DNA of 64,000 nucleotides from assembly GCA_965204755.1 (NCBI GenBank), contig OZ242011.1, forward strand, positions 3,776,001-3,840,000. The letters run 5' to 3'. Below, piece after piece: positions 9,957 to 19,578 of the stretch. The stretch comes from Candidatus Marinacidobacterium sp. (GTDB lineage Bacteria > Acidobacteriota > Vicinamibacteria > Marinacidobacterales > Marinacidobacteraceae). Within the stretch, counting starts at the first letter, position 1; every line of letters begins with the position of its first letter. Position numbers and translations under genes: made by a program. The notes under the pieces were generated by a model. It was not told where the DNA came from and ran no database searches. It saw nothing but the letters and a program-made list of their open reading frames with translations.

Positions 9957-10684
9957 CGGCCGATGATCTCCAGGTGGCCGCGGCGGTTGCGCCGCCAGGC
10001 GGTTTCGTCGTGGCCGGGATCGAGCGGGAATTCCTTCCCGTAACTGATGATCTGCAGGCGGTCGCCGGAGACGCCGAGGCGGACCAGGTAGTCCTGCACC
10101 GCGCGCGCCCGGCCCTCGCCGAGAGCCAGGTTGTATTCCACCGTCCCGCGTTCGTCGCAGTGGCCTTCGATCAGCACCCGGACGGTGGGGTAGCGGTTCA
10201 GCCAGGCGGCGTTCCGCTCCAAGGCCGCCCGGGCTTCGGCGCTGAGGTCGGCGCTGTCGTAGCCGAACTGGACATCGACCAGGACGCCCTGCTCGTTGAG
10301 TTCCTCGATGCTCATCGAGCCCACATCGAGAAGGTCCGCTTCCACCCCGGCTTCCGGGGGCAGCGCCAGGATCTCGTCTTCGGTGAGGCTGCTCGCCGAC
10401 CGGTCGGAACTTTCCGCGGCGGAGGAGGGCGTTCCGGCGGCGCCGGTCTCCGCCGGCGTCTCGGAGGGGGCGTCCGGGGCGCCGGTGGCGGGCGGGCGGC
10501 CGGTCGCGCAACCCGCGGCCCCGCCGAAGAAGGCCGAGCCGAGCGCGAACGCGAACAGGACCGGCGCCGCCCCGAGCCGGAGCGCCCGGCGCTCCCGCGC
10601 CGACGGGCGCTCCGTGGACTCTCTCCACGGGCTGTTCAGGGGGAGGCGGACGGGGCGGGCGGGGAGGGGCACGGGCGGAGTCAC
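9953..10684 (-). CDS. pal: Peptidoglycan-associated lipoprotein Pal
   Basis: Lipobox AAGC; OmpA-like motif IEGHCDERGTVEYNLALGEGRA...ISYGKEFP...NRR; GTGA overlap with the tolB stop. Confidence 0.9.
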   Translation of the reverse strand: MTPPVPLPARPVRLPLNSPWRESTERPSARERRALRLGAAPVLFAFALGSAFFGGAAGCATGRPPATGAPDAPSETPAETGAAGTPSSAAESSDRSASSLTEDEILALPPEAGVEADLLDVGSMSIEELNEQGVLVDVQFGYDSADLSAEARAALERNAAWLNRYPTVRVLIEGHCDERGTVEYNLALGEGRARAVQDYLVRLGVSGDRLQIISYGKEFPLDPGHDETAWRRNRRGHLEIIGR

Positions 10685-12144
10685 GGGGGCGCGGAGGGGG
10701 GGTTGCCCCAACTGGGCATCGTGTTGTTGCCCTCGCTGGTCAACTGGCGCAGGTTCGAGCCGTCCCGGTTCATGGCGAACACCTGCTCGCTCCCGGTGCG
10801 GTTCGAGGTGAAGACCAGGTGGAGTCCGTTCGGCGCCCAGGAGGGGCTCTCGTTGCTGCCGCGGCCGGTAGTGAGTTGGCGGGTCTGGCGGGTGCCGAAA
10901 TCGTGGACGACGATGTCGAAGGGGCCTCGTTCGATGCGGGAAGCGTAGGCGAGTTCGCTCTGCTGCCGGGAGGGTGACCAGGCCGGGGAGTCGTTGTAGG
11001 AGCCCTCGAAGGAGACCCGGCGCAGGTTCAGGCCGTCCCGATCCATCGAGTAGATCTGCGGGGAGCCGGTGCGGTCGGAGGTGAAGGCGATCGTCCGGCC
11101 GTTCGGCGACCAGGTGGGAGCGGTGTCGATCGCCCGGTTGTCGGTCAGGCGGCGGAGTTCGCTGCCGTCCGCCGCGGCCAGGTAGATCTCGGACTGCCCG
11201 TCCCGCGTGGAGGTGAAGGCGATCCACCGGCCGTCCGGCGACCAGGCGGGAGTGAACGACTGGTGGTCGCCGACCAATTTCCGGCCGCGGCCCTGGTAGA
11301 GGAACGCCAGGTAGAGCGCCGGGGCCCCCTCCCGGTAGGAGATGTAACTGAGCGCGCGGCCGTCCGGCGACCAGGTCGGGCTGAGGTTCAGGTGCCCGTT
11401 GGCGGTGACCGGGCGCTGCCCGAACCCGTCGTAGTCCATCAGGTAGATCTCTTTGCTGCGCTCCCTCCGCCGGTCGGTGGAGAACGCGATGCGCGTCCGC
11501 GCCACGCCCAGGTAGCCGCCCGCCTGCAGCAGGAGATCGTCGGAGATCCGGTGGGCGAGCGAGCGGGCGTCTTCCGGCCCGGCGGTGTAGCGGCGGGCGA
11601 AGACGCTCTCTTGGGCGCGCACCGCGTGGAGGCGCACCTCGGCGACCAGGCGGTCGTCCTCGATCCGGGCGGTCCCCCGGACCAGGATGTCGGCGCCGAT
11701 GGACTCCCACTGGTAGTAGTCGAGGTCCCCGGCCGGCGAGCCGGCTTCGGCGATCCGGTAGAAGCGGCGGGGCAGGAGCCGGTACACCGCGGCGTAGGCG
11801 ATGTCGTTCCACAGGACTTCTCCGATGGCTTCGGCCGCGGCGGCCGCCGCTCCTCCGGCGGGATCGTCCGGCCCCGCCGCCGCAGTCTCCGCCGCCGGCG
11901 GGTCGGCGACCGTGAAGTCCGGGATCGCCAGGCGCACCGGACGGCCGGGGCGGGTGATGTCCAGGTACCAGTCGCCGGACTGGCCGGACGCCCGGCCCGC
12001 GGAGAGCGTCTCCACGACGACGGCGCCGGCTTCGGGGGCCGGGCCGAGGCGGAGAGCCGCGCCCAGCCGGGGGGCGGCTGCGGCGGTGAGCGCGGCGGCG
12101 GCGGCCGCGGCCAGCGCCGCGCGGAGGAGCGGGGATCCCTTCAT
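10681..12144 (-). CDS. tolB: TolB beta-propeller protein
   Basis: TolB_N region followed by PD40 repeats (SPTWSPDG, TPAWSPDG, APTWSPNG). Confidence 0.9.
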   Translation of the reverse strand: MKGSPLLRAALAAAAAAALTAAAAPRLGAALRLGPAPEAGAVVVETLSAGRASGQSGDWYLDITRPGRPVRLAIPDFTVADPPAAETAAAGPDDPAGGAAAAAAEAIGEVLWNDIAYAAVYRLLPRRFYRIAEAGSPAGDLDYYQWESIGADILVRGTARIEDDRLVAEVRLHAVRAQESVFARRYTAGPEDARSLAHRISDDLLLQAGGYLGVARTRIAFSTDRRRERSKEIYLMDYDGFGQRPVTANGHLNLSPTWSPDGRALSYISYREGAPALYLAFLYQGRGRKLVGDHQSFTPAWSPDGRWIAFTSTRDGQSEIYLAAADGSELRRLTDNRAIDTAPTWSPNGRTIAFTSDRTGSPQIYSMDRDGLNLRRVSFEGSYNDSPAWSPSRQQSELAYASRIERGPFDIVVHDFGTRQTRQLTTGRGSNESPSWAPNGLHLVFTSNRTGSEQVFAMNRDGSNLRQLTSEGNNTMPSWGNPPSAPP

Positions 12145-13091
12145 GCCGCCCTCTCCGGCGGGATCGGCAGGGAAGCCGCCGGGGAGTCTCCGGAGGCCGG
12201 GTCGCCATCGCCGTCGCCGCCGGCGGTCTCCGATCCGTAGGTGAACAGCAGGTGGACCCCCACGCGGTCGCGGGGGTAACTCTCCGGCAGCCGGGGCAGG
12301 GGCTCCGCCAGGACGACCGCGCGGAGCGCGGAACGGTCGAGGAGGGACTGGCCGCTCGAGGTCTCGACTTCCGCGGCGGAGATCGAGCCGTCGCGGTGGA
12401 CCGTGAACCGGATCACCACCGTGGCCTTCCCCCGAACCGGGATCTGCTGCCAGTTGGTCGCGATGCGGGCGATCATCTGCCGCTGGTAGTAGGCGTACTC
12501 GAAGTCCTGGTCGAATCGGGCGCCGCCCGGCGCGCCGCCGAGGCCGATGCCGCCGGCGCCGCTCGAAGACTGGGCCGCAGCCTGGGCCGGCCGGCGGGAG
12601 GGGCGCGACTTCGTGTCCAGCGGGCGGCTCGCGGCGAGGCGGGCGGAGCGGGCCCAGGCGGCGTCCTTCCCCCGGAGCCCGGAGTCGGGTTGCTCCCGAG
12701 GGGGGCGCCGGCGTTCACGGGCGTCCGGTACGGGCATCCGGTCGCGGTCTTCGGTGGTGGGGCGGGCGACTCCGGGCCGGCTGTCGGGGGGTTCGGGCGC
12801 CGGCGCCGGTTCGGGTTCGGGCGGAGCGGGCGCCGGCGGCTCCGGTTCGATTTCCGGCTCCGGTTCCGGCGGCGGCGCCGGGGGAGGCGGAGCGGCTCCG
12901 CCGAGGGAGGGACTCGGGTTGGGTCCGGACATCCCGAGTTCGATGAACGCCGCGGAGGGAGGCGTGTCGGGCGGGGACTCGACGACGGAGACGGCGAACG
13001 CCGCGCCGCCGAGGAGGGCGAGGTGGAGGATCGCCGAGCGGAACAGGTGCCCGCCGAACCGGTCACCGGCGGAGGCGGCGGAGGCGGTCAC
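12141..13091 (-). CDS. TolA/TonB-family energy transducer
   Basis: N-terminal TM with SAILH, Pro-rich linker, TonB_C-like SSGQSLLDRSALRAV. Confidence 0.8.
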   Translation of the reverse strand: MTASAASAGDRFGGHLFRSAILHLALLGGAAFAVSVVESPPDTPPSAAFIELGMSGPNPSPSLGGAAPPPPAPPPEPEPEIEPEPPAPAPPEPEPAPAPEPPDSRPGVARPTTEDRDRMPVPDARERRRPPREQPDSGLRGKDAAWARSARLAASRPLDTKSRPSRRPAQAAAQSSSGAGGIGLGGAPGGARFDQDFEYAYYQRQMIARIATNWQQIPVRGKATVVIRFTVHRDGSISAAEVETSSGQSLLDRSALRAVVLAEPLPRLPESYPRDRVGVHLLFTYGSETAGGDGDGDPASGDSPAASLPIPPERAA

Positions 13092-13255
13092 GCGGGCGTT
13101 ACCGGGGATCGGGGAATGGGGAGTTCAGGCAGGGGAGCGGGGCGAGGGGTCGCAGCGGGATCGGGAGACGGGAGCGGACCGGTCAGGGGACGGGACGCGA
13201 ACCAGGGCGCGCGAACGGGCGGGCCTTCCGAAGGGCGTCGCGCGGGGAGAGCCGC

Positions 13256-13744
13256 TCACCGGCCTCGCTGTTCCCCCGGGTAGGCGTACACAAGACCTAC
13301 GCGGTCGAAACCCGCCCGTTTCATCGTGTCTATGACCTCGATGACCCTTCCGTATTCTAGCGAGGCGTCGCCCTGCAGGTAGCCCTCCCGGGCGCCGCCG
13401 AACTCGACGATCTCGCGCAGCCGGTCGCCCAACAGCACCGGGTTCACCGCGGTGTCCCCGACGAAAGTGCGCCCTTCGCCGTCCACGGTGACGATGATCC
13501 GTTCGGTGGCTTCGGCGGAGCGCATCCGGGCGGTGGGCAGGTTCACATCCAGCGAGCGGACGAGCAGCGGCGCGGTGACCATGAAGATGATGAGCAGCAC
13601 CAGCACCACATCCACGAACGGCGTCACATTGATGTCGCTGAGCGCGCCGCCGCCGGCCCCCGAACTCCGCGCGCCGAGCCGGCCGAGCGCCGAGCCGCCC
13701 CCGGCGGAGCCGCCGTCCGAACCGCCGGCGAGGTGGGCGCCCAT
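13256..13744 (-). CDS. tolR: TolR/ExbD biopolymer transport protein
   Basis: SDINVTPFVDVVLVLLIIFMVTAP. Confidence 0.85.
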   Translation of the reverse strand: MGAHLAGGSDGGSAGGGSALGRLGARSSGAGGGALSDINVTPFVDVVLVLLIIFMVTAPLLVRSLDVNLPTARMRSAEATERIIVTVDGEGRTFVGDTAVNPVLLGDRLREIVEFGGAREGYLQGDASLEYGRVIEVIDTMKRAGFDRVGLVYAYPGEQRGR

Positions 13745-13745
13745 C

Positions 13746-14579
13746 TCAACGGACGAAGTGCCGTTCCAACTTCGTCACATACTCCATCGAGAACTCGTCC
13801 ATGCTCGTCCCGATGCGCCGGATCCGGCCCTGGAAGGCGTTGTAGGCGATGACCGCCGGAATCGCGGCGGCGAGTCCGGCGGCGGTGGCGATGAGCGCCT
13901 CCGAGACGCCGGGGGCGACCACGCTGATGTTCGCGGTCTGCGTGAAGCCGATGTCCTGGAAGGCGTTCATGATGCCCCAGACCGTGCCGAAGAGGCCGAT
14001 GAACGGCGTGGCGCTGCCGGTGGTGGCGAGGAAGGTCATCCGGTCCTCCAACCGGGCGGTCTCCGTCGAGGAAGCCCGGAGCAGGGAACGGGCGACCGCT
14101 TCCATGTTGCGGACCGAGAGCCGGCCGCCGTCGCCCGAGCCGGAGCGCGACTGGTACCGCATCTCCTGGTACCCGGCCGAGAAGACCTGCGCGAGCGGGC
14201 TCTTCGGCATCTTGGGCAGGGCGTCCACCACATCCCCGAACCGCGGCGCCGAGCGGAACAACTGCAGGAATTCGGCGGAGCCGGTCTCCGCCGCGCGCAG
14301 CCTCCGGGACTTGCTGAAGATGATCGCCCAGGACACCAGGCTGAAGGCCAGCAGGACGAGCAGCACCGTCCAGGCGACCGGCCCGGCCTCGATGATGAGC
14401 GAGAGGACATTGTCGGCGCCGAAAACGCTGCCCCCGGGGTCGAGATCCACGCTGGTGACCCCGCCCGGATCCCCCGCCGGCGGATCCTGCGCCGAAGCGC
14501 GCGCCGGCGCCGACACCGGGAGGAGGACGGAGAAGGACGCCGGGAAGAGGAGGACGCCCCGGCGGGTTCGGCGGCGCAT
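13746..14579 (-). CDS. tolQ: TolQ/ExbB/MotA proton channel protein (alternative start at 14627)
   Basis: LATTGSATPFIGLFGTVWGIM...APGVSEALIATAAGL. Confidence 0.88.
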   Translation of the reverse strand: MRRRTRRGVLLFPASFSVLLPVSAPARASAQDPPAGDPGGVTSVDLDPGGSVFGADNVLSLIIEAGPVAWTVLLVLLAFSLVSWAIIFSKSRRLRAAETGSAEFLQLFRSAPRFGDVVDALPKMPKSPLAQVFSAGYQEMRYQSRSGSGDGGRLSVRNMEAVARSLLRASSTETARLEDRMTFLATTGSATPFIGLFGTVWGIMNAFQDIGFTQTANISVVAPGVSEALIATAAGLAAAIPAVIAYNAFQGRIRRIGTSMDEFSMEYVTKLERHFVR

Positions 14580-14902
14580 TTCGAGGGAGTCGGGCGGCCG
14601 GCCGGCCGCCCGCGATCCCGCCTTCACGAGACCGGCGCCGACGGCCGTCCGAGGCGCGGCCGGCCGATACCGGAACCGGCTTCGCGGGCGGGGATTCGGG
14701 TGGCCGGCGGAATCACCGAAAGCACAATATATAGTAGCCGACTCGCTTTGACACCACTACCGGTTGGGGTTCGGCCTCCGGACGGCCCGGTCGCCGCCGG
14801 CCGCTCCGAAGCGAGTTTTTCCGGCCTCGGAACACCGGCCCGGGGCCTCCCGGAATCGGGCCCGCGAAGCCGTCGCGGGGGGCCGGAGGCGAGGACGCTC
14901 CG

Positions 14903-14938
14903 CTGAGGTCGCCCTGAGGTCGCCCCGCTGAGGTCGCT
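14903..14938 (+). repeat. Three near-tandem copies of CTGAGGTCGC just upstream of recN
   Basis: Sequence ctgaggtcgc c ctgaggtcgc cccg ctgaggtcgc read directly. Confidence 0.6.
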
Positions 14939-14944
14939 GCAACG

Positions 14945-16702
14945 ATGCTGGACTGGCTGCGCGTCCGGAACCTGGCGATCCTCCGGGAGGTGTCCCTAGA
15001 ATTCGGCGCCGGGCTGAATGTGCTCACCGGGGAGACCGGCGTCGGGAAGAGTGTCCTCCTGGAGTCGTTCGCGCTGGCCCTCGGGGGTCGGGCGCGCGGC
15101 GGGTTGATCGGTCCCGCCGCGGACCGGGCGGTGGTCGAGGCCGGGTTCTCGGCGGCGGATTTCTCATCCGTCGAGGAAGCGGCGCTCGCCGCGGCCCTTT
15201 CGGCGGCGGGGGCCGACGGGGAGGGCGGGGAAGTGGTCGTGCGGCGGGAGATCCGCCCGAGCGCCGCCGGATCGGTCGTGAACCGGATCACGATCAACGG
15301 GGCCGCCGCGCCGGTGGCCGGGCTCCGCTCGGTCGGCCGCCGGCTCGCCGAGGTGTACTCTCAGGGAGAGCACTTGGCTCTCCTGCGACCCGGCGCGGCT
15401 CGGGAGACCGTGGACGAGACCGGCGGGCACGCCGCGCTCCGCCTCGAGACGGCCGCGGCGTTCCGGGCGTTCGTCGAAGCGGAGCGCCGGCTCGCTCGAC
15501 TCGACCAGCGCCTCCGCCGCGCCGCGGAGGAACGCGGGGAGATGGAGCGCGCGGTCGCGGAGATCGGGGAGGCGGATCCCCGGCCGGGAGAGCGGGAGGA
15601 ACTCGGCCGCGAAAAGCGGCTGCTCGGCGACGCGGACCGGTTGATCGCCCGGCTGGACGAGGCCTGGGAGGCGCTCTACGGATCCGAGCGTTCCGCCGGC
15701 GTCCTGCTCGGGGTCGCGCGGCGGGCGCTGGACTCCGCCGCCGAGATGGATCCGGTGACGGAGGCGATGCTCCGGGAGCGGCCGGACCTGGTCGCGGAGA
15801 CCGAGGACCTGGCCTCCTCGATCCGGGAGCGGCGCGAGGCGGTGGATTCCGGGCCGGAGCGGCTGGCGGAGATCGAGGAGCGGCTGGCGTTCCTCCGCCG
15901 GCTGGAGCGGCGCTACGGGGCGCCGGCGGACGAACTGGCGGACCTGGCCCGGAAATTCGCGGCGACCTTGGGGGAGTTGACCGAAGAGGAAGACGCGAGA
16001 CGCCGGGCGGAGTCCGGGACCCGGGAGCGCCGGTCGGCCTACCTGGACGCCGCCCGCCGGCTCACCGAAGCGCGGAAGGCGGCCGGCGCCGCCTTGGGGA
16101 AGGCGGTAGAGGCGGAACTGGCCGGTTTGGGCATTCCCCGGGCGCGGCTCCTCATCGCGGTCGAGCCGGCCGGGCCGGACTCCGGGGACGGGGAAGAGGC
16201 GCCGGCCGACTCCGCCGAGGCCTTCTCCGAACACGGTCTCGACCGCGTGGAGTTCCGGTTCAGCGCCAATCCGGAGTTGCCGCCGGCCCCGATCTCCGAG
16301 GTCGCGTCCGGCGGGGAGGCCTCGCGGTTCTTCCTCGCGCTCAAGGCTGCCGGCGCCGGAAAGGGAGGCGGGCGAACGCTGGTCTTCGACGAAGCGGACA
16401 GCGGCACCTCGGGCCGGATCGCCGATGCGGTGGGGCGGCGGCTGGTCCGCCTGGCCGCCGGGCGACAGGTGCTATCCGTGACCCACCTGCCGCAGGTGGC
16501 GGCGCTCGGCCGGTCGCACCAGGTGGTCGAGAAACTAGAATCGGGGCCGATGGTGCGCGTCCGCTCGGTGAGCGGGGCGGACCGCACGGAAGAAATCGCC
16601 CGAATGCTCGCCGGCCCCGAGGTCACGGACAGCGCCCGCCGCCATGCCGAGCAACTCCTCGCCGGAGTCCGGGAACCGGCTGCCGCCGGCGCCGTCGGCT
16701 GA
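14945..16702 (+). CDS. recN: DNA repair protein RecN
   Basis: LTGETGVGKS Walker A, coiled coil, ASGGEASR signature, LVFDEAD, VTHLPQVAA, EEIARMLAG. Confidence 0.92.
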   Translation: MLDWLRVRNLAILREVSLEFGAGLNVLTGETGVGKSVLLESFALALGGRARGGLIGPAADRAVVEAGFSAADFSSVEEAALAAALSAAGADGEGGEVVVRREIRPSAAGSVVNRITINGAAAPVAGLRSVGRRLAEVYSQGEHLALLRPGAARETVDETGGHAALRLETAAAFRAFVEAERRLARLDQRLRRAAEERGEMERAVAEIGEADPRPGEREELGREKRLLGDADRLIARLDEAWEALYGSERSAGVLLGVARRALDSAAEMDPVTEAMLRERPDLVAETEDLASSIRERREAVDSGPERLAEIEERLAFLRRLERRYGAPADELADLARKFAATLGELTEEEDARRRAESGTRERRSAYLDAARRLTEARKAAGAALGKAVEAELAGLGIPRARLLIAVEPAGPDSGDGEEAPADSAEAFSEHGLDRVEFRFSANPELPPAPISEVASGGEASRFFLALKAAGAGKGGGRTLVFDEADSGTSGRIADAVGRRLVRLAAGRQVLSVTHLPQVAALGRSHQVVEKLESGPMVRVRSVSGADRTEEIARMLAGPEVTDSARRHAEQLLAGVREPAAAGAVG

Positions 16703-16709
16703 GGGGGCC

Positions 16710-18221
16710 GTGGATCCCGCCGCCGCTCCTTCCGGCGGCGCGTTCGCGCCGCAACTCGCCGGCGGCGCCGGCAAGTTCCGGATCGAGACCTGGGGCTGCC
16801 AGATGAATGTCCACGACTCCGAGAAGATGGCCGCCGGGCTCGGTTCGCTCGGCCTCGCTCCCGGAGGAGACGGGGAGTCCGAAGTCGTCGTGCTGAACAC
16901 CTGCTCGGTGCGGGAAAAGGCGCAGGAGAAGGTGTTCACCCGGGTCGAGCAACTGGCGCGGGCCGGCCGGCGACCGACCTTCATCGGGGTGGCCGGATGC
17001 GTCGCCCAGCAGGAGGGTGAGGCCATCTTCGCCCGCGCGCCGGCGGTGGACTTCGTCCTCGGGACGCAGAGCCTGGTCCGCCTTCCCCAAGTCGTGCGCC
17101 GGCTGCGCGAGGGGGAGACCCGGATCGTGGAGACCGGGCGGGATCCCGGCAACCTGGACATTCCGCCGGAGCAGATCTCGCGGATTCCGGGGGTGAAGGC
17201 CTACATCACGATCATGGAGGGCTGCGACAACTTCTGCTCCTTCTGCGTGGTGCCCTTCACGCGGGGCCGGGAAAGGCGCCGGAGCGTCGCCGCCATCGTC
17301 CGGGAGGCCGAGTCCCTCGTCGAATCCGGCTTTTCGGAGATCCAGTTGCTCGGCCAGAATGTGAACTCCTATCGGGATCCGGACGACGGGCGGGGGTTCT
17401 CCGCCCTCCTCGGCGAAGTGAGCCGGGTCGAAGGAATCCGGCGCATCCGCTTCACCAGCCCGCACCCGAAGGACTTCGACCGGGAGTTGATGCTGCGGTT
17501 CGCCGAAGGCGGGCCGCTCATGCCCTCGATGCACCTGCCGGCGCAGTCGGGTTCGTCGAGCGTCCTCGCCCGCATGAGGCGGGGATACACCCGGGAAGAG
17601 TTCCTCGACCTGGTTCGCGAAGCCCGCGAAATCGCCCCCGGGATCGAGTTCTCGACGGACTTGATCGTCGGGTTCTGCGGCGAGACCCGCGCCGAATTCG
17701 AGGAGACGATGACGCTGCTCGACGAGGTGCGTTTTTCTTCGGCGTACTCGTTCCTGTATTCGGAGCGTCCGCACACCCTGGCGTCCAAACGGCTTCGCGA
17801 CGATGTGCCGCGCGAGGTGAAGACCGCCCGGCTCATGGAGTTGCAGGCGCGTCAACGGGAAATCCAGATCGAGCGGCACCGGGAGATCGTGGGCCGGGAG
17901 GTCGAAGTGCTGGTCGAAGGGCCGAGCCGCAAGGGGAACGGGCTCTCCGGGCGGGCGCCGGACAATCGGGTGGTGAATTTCCCGGTTCCCGAATCGGACG
18001 ACGCCGGGTTCGCCGACTGGGTGGGCGCCTTCTGCACGGTGCGGATCACCGGCTACGGCCCGAACAGTTTGGTCGGCGCCCTGGTGCGCGCCGCCGGCCG
18101 GCCGCGGCCGCTGCCGGACTTCACCGAATCCGCTGCGGGCGGAGCCGAGGCCGACCGGCTGCTTCCCCTGCCGGTGGTCCAGCCCGCCCGCCCGAGCGCG
18201 GCTTCCACCCACCTTTCCTGA
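16710..18221 (+). CDS. miaB: tRNA ms2i6A37 methylthiotransferase MiaB
   Basis: TWGCQMNVHDSE, NTCSVREKA, radical SAM CDNFCSFC and TRAM domain; start set at the GTG after the recN stop. Confidence 0.93.
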   Translation: MDPAAAPSGGAFAPQLAGGAGKFRIETWGCQMNVHDSEKMAAGLGSLGLAPGGDGESEVVVLNTCSVREKAQEKVFTRVEQLARAGRRPTFIGVAGCVAQQEGEAIFARAPAVDFVLGTQSLVRLPQVVRRLREGETRIVETGRDPGNLDIPPEQISRIPGVKAYITIMEGCDNFCSFCVVPFTRGRERRRSVAAIVREAESLVESGFSEIQLLGQNVNSYRDPDDGRGFSALLGEVSRVEGIRRIRFTSPHPKDFDRELMLRFAEGGPLMPSMHLPAQSGSSSVLARMRRGYTREEFLDLVREAREIAPGIEFSTDLIVGFCGETRAEFEETMTLLDEVRFSSAYSFLYSERPHTLASKRLRDDVPREVKTARLMELQARQREIQIERHREIVGREVEVLVEGPSRKGNGLSGRAPDNRVVNFPVPESDDAGFADWVGAFCTVRITGYGPNSLVGALVRAAGRPRPLPDFTESAAGGAEADRLLPLPVVQPARPSAASTHLS

Positions 18222-18234
18222 GAGCGGGCGGGGC

Positions 18235-18780
18235 GTGGCGGCGGAACGGACGGCCGAACGGCGCCCGCGGGTCGAGAAGGACTCGGCCCGCGAGATCGAG
18301 ATGACCATCAAGGCCATCCTCATGGTGCCGAAGACCAGCGCCGCGGTGGTGTTGCTCAAGGAAGAGCCGGGCGAGCGGGAGATCCCGATCTGGGTCGGGG
18401 CGGCGGAAGTGCGGGCCATCGGCCTCCAGGTGGAGAACTACGAGCCGCCGCGCCCGTTCACCCACGACCTGATCCGGGAGTTGCTCCGCGAACTCGATGT
18501 CCGGGTCACCAAGGTGGTCATCCACGATGTGCAGGACAACACCTTCTTCGCGCACATCCACATGGAACAGAAGCGCCAGCGGCTGGCGGTGGACGCCCGG
18601 CCGAGCGACGCGATCGCGGTGGCGCTGCGGACCCGGGCGCCCATCTATGTCCATGCCCGGGTGATGGAGCAGAGCGCCCGGACCACCGAGGAACTGGTCG
18701 CCGATCCCCCGGACGACACCGAGGCGCTCGGCGACTGGCTCGAGGGGCTGGACGAGGACGATCTCGGGGATCCCCACTGA
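18235..18780 (+). CDS. Bifunctional nuclease family protein (DUF151)
   Basis: IPIWVG, PPRPFTHDL, VDARPSDAIAVALR. Confidence 0.88.
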   Translation: MAAERTAERRPRVEKDSAREIEMTIKAILMVPKTSAAVVLLKEEPGEREIPIWVGAAEVRAIGLQVENYEPPRPFTHDLIRELLRELDVRVTKVVIHDVQDNTFFAHIHMEQKRQRLAVDARPSDAIAVALRTRAPIYVHARVMEQSARTTEELVADPPDDTEALGDWLEGLDEDDLGDPH

Positions 18781-18801
18781 CGGCCGTCCGCCGAATCCCG
18801 C

Positions 18802-19578
18802 GTGGCCGTAACCATCACCGTCGCGAACCAGAAGGGCGGCGTCGCGAAGACCACGACCTCGGTGAACCTGGCGGCGGCCCTCGCGGCGGCCGGACGCGCC
18901 ACCCTGCTGGTGGACGCCGACCCCCAAGCCAACGCCTCGGTCACTTTCCTCGGGCCGGACCTCGAAGGGCCGACGATGTTCGAGGCGTTGACCGACGAAG
19001 CGAAGTTCCGCGACATCATCCGCGAGACGCCGGTGGAGGGCCTGTCCGTCGCCCCGTCCCGCATCTCGCTCGCCCGGCTGGAGCGCCAACTTCTCGGCGA
19101 CCTGGACGCGCACTACCGGCTGCGTGACCGCATCCAGACCACGCGGGGAGAATTCGACTTCGTGGTCGTGGATACGCCCCCGACGCTGGGCATGACCACC
19201 GTGAACGCGATGGTGGCGAGCGACTGGCTGCTCCTGCCGCTGCCCCCGGCCTACTACGCGCTCGAAGGCGCCGACGACCTGCTCGACACCCTCGAGCAGA
19301 TCCGCCGCCGCCCGAACCCGGACCTGGCGCTCCTCGGGGTGCTGATCACCATGGTGGACGGACGGACGCGGATCGCCCGGGATGCCGCTCGCCGGATCCG
19401 CGGCCATTTCGGCAAGGCGGTGTTCCGAACCCAGATCCGCCGCAATGTGCGCCTCGAAGAGAGCCCGGCCTACCGCGAGGACATCTTCGCCTTCGCCCCC
19501 TCGTCCGTCGGCGCCAAGGACTACCGGCGGTTGTCCCGCGAGGTGCTCGCCCGTGTCCAGGCGAACCGGTCTTCCTGA
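18802..19578 (+). CDS. parA: ParA/Soj family ATPase
   Basis: NQKGGVAKTT, VDADPQAN, VDTPP, NVRLEESP. Confidence 0.88.
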   Translation: MAVTITVANQKGGVAKTTTSVNLAAALAAAGRATLLVDADPQANASVTFLGPDLEGPTMFEALTDEAKFRDIIRETPVEGLSVAPSRISLARLERQLLGDLDAHYRLRDRIQTTRGEFDFVVVDTPPTLGMTTVNAMVASDWLLLPLPPAYYALEGADDLLDTLEQIRRRPNPDLALLGVLITMVDGRTRIARDAARRIRGHFGKAVFRTQIRRNVRLEESPAYREDIFAFAPSSVGAKDYRRLSREVLARVQANRSS